A DNA stretch of 17,651 bases, taken from positions 1 through 17,651 of the forward strand of contig JALVPN010000047.1 of assembly GCA_027031765.1 (NCBI GenBank), read 5' to 3'. This DNA comes from Promethearchaeota archaeon. GTDB taxonomy: Archaea > Asgardarchaeota > Thorarchaeia > Thorarchaeales > Thorarchaeaceae. The position numbers and the translations under genes are program-made. Position 1 is the first letter of the stretch. Each line of letters starts with the position of its first letter. Under the pieces are notes generated by a model, which had not been told where the DNA came from, made no database searches, and worked only from the letters and a program-made list of their open reading frames with translations. Shown here piece by piece: positions 15,251 to 17,651 of the stretch.

Positions 15251-17056
15251 CTATTTGGGAGGTGCTGCGCTATGGTCCTCCCGGTCCACGTATATGCGTC
15301 TGACCTCTCTTATGACCAAGCCCTCAAGGTCGCGGGGTCTGCGCACAGAGACCACATGGCCGCCAGCGCTCTCAAGGGCAGCGGCCACCTCCTTGTCGAG
15401 GCGTCCAATGTAGAACATGAAGAAGAGGTGCCCCATGTTAGTAATCTGTCTGACCATGTCGATGAACTCGTCCCAGTTGTAGATCTCCGCGTCTGTGATA
15501 GTGAGGACCATGGCCGTTGGGTGGCCCCTGCACAGTGCAACGACCTCGTCCGTGGGCGCGACCGTACCGCCGCCCTGGTAGTCGAGCAGGACGCGTTCGA
15601 TGTCGTCCCGTTCGCGTGTCCACTTGGTGGTCTTGCAGTCGTCAGAGAAGTTGATGGCTGCAACACTGCACCCCTTCCTGAAGGCAACGCTGGCGGCTGC
15701 AAATGCGCACAGGAGTGCAGTGTGGTATGGTCCACGTGGGCCCTTCTTGCCCACCGACCACTCCATGGAACCGCTGGAGTCGATGACCAGCAGCATGTCT
15801 GGCAGTCCGGGCATCGACCCATGGCCTGACAGACTGGTGGTGTCCCACTTACGCGTGGTGACGTTTGGGATGAGGAGCGGGAACGTCTGGAGTGACTGTA
15901 CGACATCGAGTTGTTCTGCCGGGTCACCGAGCCGCCAGACCACGGGGCTCACGGGTGTGTCACCCTGGTGCTTCGGCCTTGACACATCGAACTCGAGCAT
16001 CCCCCGCACCTTGGCCCTGTACCAGTACTTGAGGGCCACCTCCCTGTCACCGTCGAGGCCGGCGAACCCGAGTGCCACCCGGAGGTCTTCCAGACTGCCG
16101 CCCTGCTGCTCGACCTCAATGGCGACCCTCTCACGTTCTGCCCCGACATCCCTGTCCCCGTGTCCCATGCACGCCTTGGCCCGGTCGCCATCACGTACTT
16201 CTGTCGGGTCGCCCATCAATGCGTCCACGTCCACCGGGACGCGTACTGGCGCCGTCCTGTCCGGGTCGTGGTCACCAGTCCCGCCGGGCACCAGCCTGAC
16301 CGGCACCTGACCGGCACCTGACAGTTCCTGCGCCACCTCTGGCTCCCACTCAGCGATTATCTTTGCAATCTCAGCAGTGGCCTTTGGCCAGCGCCGCTCG
16401 TCGCGTAGCCGCTCTCTTGCCACCTGTACAATCCTCGTTGCAGCGTCCTTCGTGCGCGTGTCTATGGGGATGTGCGGCGGTATTTCGAAGCCCCACATCT
16501 GGCGGTAGCAGGTGACCGCGAGGCGCCAGAGGTCGGAGTGTGCGTCGGCGTCCACGGCCGAGGCCGAGCTGGCGATTGACGCCTGCACACGGGAACGGGT
16601 CAGTCCCGGGAACCTCTCCATGAGGAAGCTGTCGACCACCAGGTCTGCGAACAGGTTGCACACGAACATGCCCGTCTGGGCGCTCACGTGTTTCCTCGTT
16701 GCGTTGAACATCCTCGCATGGGTCGGGCCGTCGTACGGGCACAGGAGGTAGTGCTGCATCTCATGGTGGCACACCGACCTCAGGTACTCACGCTCCTCCT
16801 CGGTCGTCAGCCCCTCCGGCACACCGGCCGTGTTGAGGTGCACCGTCCACGTCTTCGGGTCGATGTAGAAGAAGCTGCTCCCATCAGGCTCGTACTCGAC
16901 GATGACATCTGGTAGTGGCGGTGTGTAGAAGTCCTCAAGTGCCTGCGCCCATGCCAGCTGTGCTGCATGTCTGAGGCGCGTCGCCCTGTCGCCGTCACGT
17001 CCTGGTGTTGCCCTCTCGCGTGCCCCCCTGAGCCATCTCCTGAAGACGTTGACCAT
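15251..17056 (-). CDS. Putative metallopeptidase (HExxH) plus C-terminal von Willebrand factor A domain protein
   Basis: HEMQH at 16751-16765 followed by NLFADLVVD. vWA MIDAS motifs DSSGS, GGT and ITD. SD GGAGGT lies 7 nt upstream of ATG 17056; GTG 17089 is an alternative. Confidence 0.85.
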   Translation of the reverse strand: MVNVFRRWLRGARERATPGRDGDRATRLRHAAQLAWAQALEDFYTPPLPDVIVEYEPDGSSFFYIDPKTWTVHLNTAGVPEGLTTEEEREYLRSVCHHEMQHYLLCPYDGPTHARMFNATRKHVSAQTGMFVCNLFADLVVDSFLMERFPGLTRSRVQASIASSASAVDADAHSDLWRLAVTCYRQMWGFEIPPHIPIDTRTKDAATRIVQVARERLRDERRWPKATAEIAKIIAEWEPEVAQELSGAGQVPVRLVPGGTGDHDPDRTAPVRVPVDVDALMGDPTEVRDGDRAKACMGHGDRDVGAERERVAIEVEQQGGSLEDLRVALGFAGLDGDREVALKYWYRAKVRGMLEFDVSRPKHQGDTPVSPVVWRLGDPAEQLDVVQSLQTFPLLIPNVTTRKWDTTSLSGHGSMPGLPDMLLVIDSSGSMEWSVGKKGPRGPYHTALLCAFAAASVAFRKGCSVAAINFSDDCKTTKWTRERDDIERVLLDYQGGGTVAPTDEVVALCRGHPTAMVLTITDAEIYNWDEFIDMVRQITNMGHLFFMFYIGRLDKEVAAALESAGGHVVSVRRPRDLEGLVIREVRRIYVDREDHSAAPPK

Positions 17057-17085
17057 TGCCCGTACCTCCTGTCCCGCCGCCAGCA

Positions 17086-17651
17086 TCACCCTCCGGTGTT
17101 GGCCCTGATGACCTCGCAGAGCTCCTGTGCGTCGGCACCACCAGACACCTCGATGAACACTGCGGACTCTGGTGAGGCCCCTGTGGTATAGACCACGAGG
17201 GTGAGCCCATCAGCCCGGAGGATCTTGCGCTTGGGCGGTGTGAGGGTCTCCTTGAGGGCCGTTGTGAGGGCCGGGTGCCGGATGCTGACCTCAGTCCACA
17301 GGTCCTGCCACTGTTCAAAGGTGAGTGAGAACCGTGTCAGTGTGAGCCTGTGTAGGGCCTCGGAAACACGGCCCAGCAGAGTCGTCCTGTTGGGAAGTCC
17401 GTGTTGTGCCAGCAGGGTGTCGCGCAGCTCCGACAGCGCTTGGATGTCCTCGGCAGCAAGTGCCCTCTCAATCGTGCGCACCACCTTCACATAGTTGGCA
17501 CGTGTCAGCTCCTTCGCGACCCGGATATAGTCCAGGCGGACGAGGAGGTCGCTCTTGCCCATCTCCTTGAGGCGTTCCATAGCGTCCTCCGGTCCCGTGC
17601 CACGGCGCAGCTCGTCCATGAGGTCCATGGCAGCCCTGCGCTGTGCGAACC
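17086..17651 (-). CDS. Hypothetical protein, probably the C-terminal part of a gene that starts beyond the right edge
   Basis: Helical, typical-codon ORF. The frame remains open upstream of ATG 17628 to the window edge (...FAQRRAAMDL) with no SD visible. Its stop abuts the vWA gene. Confidence 0.7.
   Translation of the reverse strand, partial: FAQRRAAMDLMDELRRGTGPEDAMERLKEMGKSDLLVRLDYIRVAKELTRANYVKVVRTIERALAAEDIQALSELRDTLLAQHGLPNRTTLLGRVSEALHRLTLTRFSLTFEQWQDLWTEVSIRHPALTTALKETLTPPKRKILRADGLTLVVYTTGASPESAVFIEVSGGADAQELCEVIRANTGG

Noticed and set aside
393-16310. Many long antisense or alternate-frame ORFs (e.g. 393-1154, 5777-7027, 5868-6668, 8205-8819, 15600-16310, 3212-3625)
   Set aside because: They overlap well-supported genes, lack motifs and are Arg/Pro/Ser-rich, as expected for shadow ORFs in high-GC DNA.

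Overview
GC-rich archaeal chromosomal window. Archaeal origin is supported by the thiolase/HMG-CoA synthase/DUF35 trio, a DUF359 dephospho-CoA kinase, TATA-like promoters and GGAGG(TG) ribosome-binding sites. An Asgard (Thorarchaeia-like) host is my impression, not something I can prove. Contents, left to right: (1) mevalonate-entry operon mvaS-thiolase-DUF35; (2) a calcineurin-like metallophosphoesterase divergent from a fused phosphopantetheine adenylyltransferase / GTP-dependent dephospho-CoA kinase; (3) the bifunctional NAD(P)HX repair enzyme Nnr; (4) divergent from Nnr, a tightly coupled five-gene redox operon made of NuoE-like, NuoF-like (HydB/BfuB-type) and cofactor-less NuoG/FdhA-like subunits followed by NfnA and NfnB; (5) an ICMT/PEMT-family membrane methyltransferase; (6) an HExxH-metallopeptidase plus vWA protein and a truncated upstream partner gene. 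The most notable item is the redox operon. It places two different flavin-based electron-bifurcating modules (HydABC/Bfu-type and NfnAB-type) in one apparent transcript, has no hydrogenase or formate dehydrogenase catalytic centre, and its NfnA has atypical NAD-binding motifs. I found no rRNA, tRNA, CRISPR array or mobile element.
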